Below, one piece after another: positions 28,801 to 32,000 of a stretch of DNA of 32,000 nucleotides. The stretch spans positions 210,001 through 242,000 of the forward strand of contig NZ_CP010341.1 in assembly GCF_000940845.1 (NCBI RefSeq), given 5' to 3'. The stretch is from Propionibacterium freudenreichii subsp. freudenreichii (GTDB lineage: Bacteria > Actinomycetota > Actinomycetes > Propionibacteriales > Propionibacteriaceae). Within the stretch, counting starts at the first letter, position 1; the number at the start of each line of letters is the position of its first letter. Both the position numbers and the translations under genes were made by a program. Under the pieces are notes generated by a model. The model was not told where the DNA came from, did no database searches, and saw only the letters and a list, made by a program, of their open reading frames with translations.

Positions 28801-28806
28801 TATAAT
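28801..28806 (+). promoter_or_regulatory. Consensus -10 box TATAAT, 6 nt upstream of the abiEi ATG (suggests a leaderless transcript)
   Basis: ggcTATAATcgcgacATG, with no Shine-Dalgarno sequence. The perfect palindrome TATGGCCATA sits at 28785-28794 just upstream. Confidence 0.5.
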
Positions 28807-28812
28807 CGCGAC

Positions 28813-29433
28813 ATGAGTAGTGTCTCAGACCTCGTCACACTCGGGCGGATCGCCGCCAACCAGCAAGGCCTCGTCACCGCCACCCAGGCCCGCGCTGCCG
28901 GTGTCGACACCCGCCAGATCTGGCGCCTGAGCAGGGCCGGGGCACTCGAGCGGGTGATTCGCGGCGTCTACCGGGTTTGTGGTGCTCCGGCAACGGACTT
29001 CCAGGAGATCACCGCTACGTGGCTGGCCCTGTCCAATCCCGGACGGCGCCTCACAGCGGCCGGTACCACCGCTGCCACCCTGTACGGCATCGGGGATTTC
29101 CTGCGCACCGTCCCCGAATTCATCGTGGCCGGCGATCCGTCCACGACGGTGGAAAACGTGCGACTGCGCACCGGGCACGTCGACCAGCCGCGGGTGCGGA
29201 CGCTCCACGGCGTGCCCACCCTGTCGCCGGAACAGACCATCGCAGACCTCCTGGCGCAACACAATGACGTGTCTCTGGTCGGCGACGCCACAGTTGACGC
29301 CCTCGACAAGCACCTGACCACGCCCCAACGCGTCGCCCGGGCCCTCGCCCCGATGGCTGCTGACCATGGGCTCCCCGACGGTGACGGGTCAGAGCTCCTC
29401 GCCAGCATCCTCCCGGCAGCCACGGCCGCATGA
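28813..29433 (+). CDS. abiEi: AbiEi-family type IV toxin-antitoxin antitoxin / transcriptional regulator
   Basis: The N-terminal AbiEi_4-type winged-helix pattern LVTLGRIAANQQGLVTATQARAAGVDTRQIWRLSRAGALERVIRGVYRV. 206 aa. The stop overlaps the downstream start (ATGA). The ORF-track start at 28567 lies inside the repeat and was rejected. Confidence 0.8.
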   Translation: MSSVSDLVTLGRIAANQQGLVTATQARAAGVDTRQIWRLSRAGALERVIRGVYRVCGAPATDFQEITATWLALSNPGRRLTAAGTTAATLYGIGDFLRTVPEFIVAGDPSTTVENVRLRTGHVDQPRVRTLHGVPTLSPEQTIADLLAQHNDVSLVGDATVDALDKHLTTPQRVARALAPMAADHGLPDGDGSELLASILPAATAA

Positions 29434-30386
29434 AGGGCCAAGGGCCCTACGTCGACTGGTTCGGCGTCGAGAGTGCCATCCAGCAAGCGGCCCGTCGGCA
29501 GGCCGCGGACCACCCCGGTGCCAGCGTCGGTCAGTATCTTGACCACATTCGCAGGGACCGCTTCCTCTCCCGCGTATTCGCCGATCCTGAATCAGGCTGG
29601 CTCCTCAAAGGCGGCACCGCGATGCTGGCCCGCGTACCCACGGGGCGCCATACCCGTGACGTTGACCTGTCAACCACACGAGCAACCCTCGATGAAGCCG
29701 TGGAAGACCTCGCGCACCGGGTCGCGGTCGACATGGGGGACCATCTGCGGTTCCAGTTGGAGTCGGAGCGTCCCGGTCTGGCCGTCACCCAGCCCGGCGT
29801 CCTCGTCGCCAGGTTGTCATTCGCCTGCATCACGGACACGGGGAAGCGATTCGACAATGTCGCGGTCGACCTTGCCGTGGGGCCGCCCCCGGTCGGACAT
29901 ATTGAACACACCCGGCCGGCGGACAGTCCGGACCGTCCCCGACTGATCTCCCCGCCCTACGCCATGTTTCCGCTGACCGACCAGCTTGCCGAGAAGGTCA
30001 GCACCATGATGACGCCCCGGCCCGACGGGCGGCCCAACAGCCGCGCCAAGGACCTCGTCGACGTCGATATCATCGCCGCCACCCAATACGTCGACCTGCG
30101 CGAGTTGCGTCTTGCCCTGGCCGTGCAGCAGCAACGCGCCAACACGGACCTGGGACGCCACCTCCGGGTGCCTCCCCATTGGGAGCCCCGCTACCAGTCA
30201 TTGGCCACGGGAACCTCCGCTGCCGCGGTCGCGCCGACCTTTGCGGATGCCGTCGACCTTGCTGCAAGGTTCATCAACCCCGCCCTGGACGCCGTCCGCA
30301 CTGTCAGGACGACGTGGGAACCAGAGGCCATGGAATGGACGGTCGGGACGGGAAGCCCCGCAGCAGGCCCGCATCGTGGGGTGTGA
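29430..30386 (+). CDS. abiEii: AbiEii/AbiGii-family nucleotidyltransferase toxin (DUF1814)
   Basis: DRFLSRVF......WLLKGGTAMLARVPTGRHTRDVDL (the GG and RxTxDxDL nucleotidyltransferase motifs), and a downstream KDLVD motif. 318 aa; 4-nt overlap with abiEi. Confidence 0.85.
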   Translation: MKGQGPYVDWFGVESAIQQAARRQAADHPGASVGQYLDHIRRDRFLSRVFADPESGWLLKGGTAMLARVPTGRHTRDVDLSTTRATLDEAVEDLAHRVAVDMGDHLRFQLESERPGLAVTQPGVLVARLSFACITDTGKRFDNVAVDLAVGPPPVGHIEHTRPADSPDRPRLISPPYAMFPLTDQLAEKVSTMMTPRPDGRPNSRAKDLVDVDIIAATQYVDLRELRLALAVQQQRANTDLGRHLRVPPHWEPRYQSLATGTSAAAVAPTFADAVDLAARFINPALDAVRTVRTTWEPEAMEWTVGTGSPAAGPHRGV

Positions 30387-30392
30387 ATTGAG

Positions 30393-30551
30393 GATAGGGG
30401 TGGATAAAGCACTGAAGACGGTGCTCCATCCGCCCCTATCCTGCGCAACGGTCCACTCAGGGATGACTTTTGCAGGGTGGACGACGTAAAGGTTCTCCCC
30501 ATCCCGCGTGACCCGGGCCACGCCCGTCGCCACGCAATGTGGAACGGCCCG
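30393..30551. repeat. Right copy of the ~157-bp direct repeat; begins with palindromic element copy 3
   Basis: gataggggtggataaagcactg-aaga-cggtgctccatccgcccctatc, then ctgcgcaacggtccactcagggatgacttttgcagggtggacgacgtaaaggttctccccatcccgcg...cacgcccgtcgccacgcaatgtggaacggcccg. It starts 7 nt after the abiEii stop. Confidence 0.85.
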
Positions 30552-30619
30552 GGCAGGCCCCCGAGGGGAGCCATCCGGGCCGTCACATCTGCCGCATCAA
30601 CCAGTCAGCGGCTGCTGAC

Positions 30620-32000
<1,381 letters not shown>

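Noticed and set aside
28567-28812. Upstream extension of abiEi (ORF-track start 28567)
   Set aside because: The extension starts inside the direct repeat and encodes Pro/Arg-rich sequence with no AbiEi similarity. The ATG at 28813 gives a typical ~200-aa AbiEi preceded by a TATAAT box.

Overview
High-GC (about 65-70%) actinobacterial chromosome; gene content and codon usage suggest Propionibacteriales, but that is a low-confidence inference. Most of the window is core metabolism and housekeeping.

Gene content in order:
- A class F sortase followed by a HisKA_3 histidine kinase and a NarL/LuxR response regulator, all on the minus strand.
- A TMEM175-like channel, a yjdJ/yjdI-like GNAT plus mono-cluster Fe-S pair, an FKBP isomerase, a P-loop kinase and a DEDDh exonuclease.
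- The cytochrome bd operon cydA-cydB, followed by a single 1239-aa fused CydD-CydC ORF.
- An M20 peptidase, and a TetR regulator upstream of a DHA2 MFS efflux pump.
- A YkoF/MTH1187-like protein.
- A tight three-gene redox module: GltD-like oxidoreductase fused to a ferredoxin domain, NifJ pyruvate:ferredoxin oxidoreductase, and a DHOD-like protein.
- An aldehyde dehydrogenase, and at the right edge a truncated ABC exporter.

The only region that looks accessory is about 27.26-30.55 kb. It holds four consecutive small two-TM proteins with no family I can recognise; the first two are paralogs. Next comes an AbiEi/AbiEii type IV toxin-antitoxin (abortive-infection) pair. That pair is bracketed by about 157-bp imperfect direct repeats, each starting with a 48-bp palindromic element. 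A third copy of the palindrome sits directly behind cydDC.

The window also carries many short tandem repeats (13-36 bp periods), both in promoter-proximal intergenic DNA and inside the MFS gene. I found no rRNA, tRNA, CRISPR array, transposase or integrase. Many long ORFs in the six-frame track are antisense shadows typical of high-GC DNA and were rejected.
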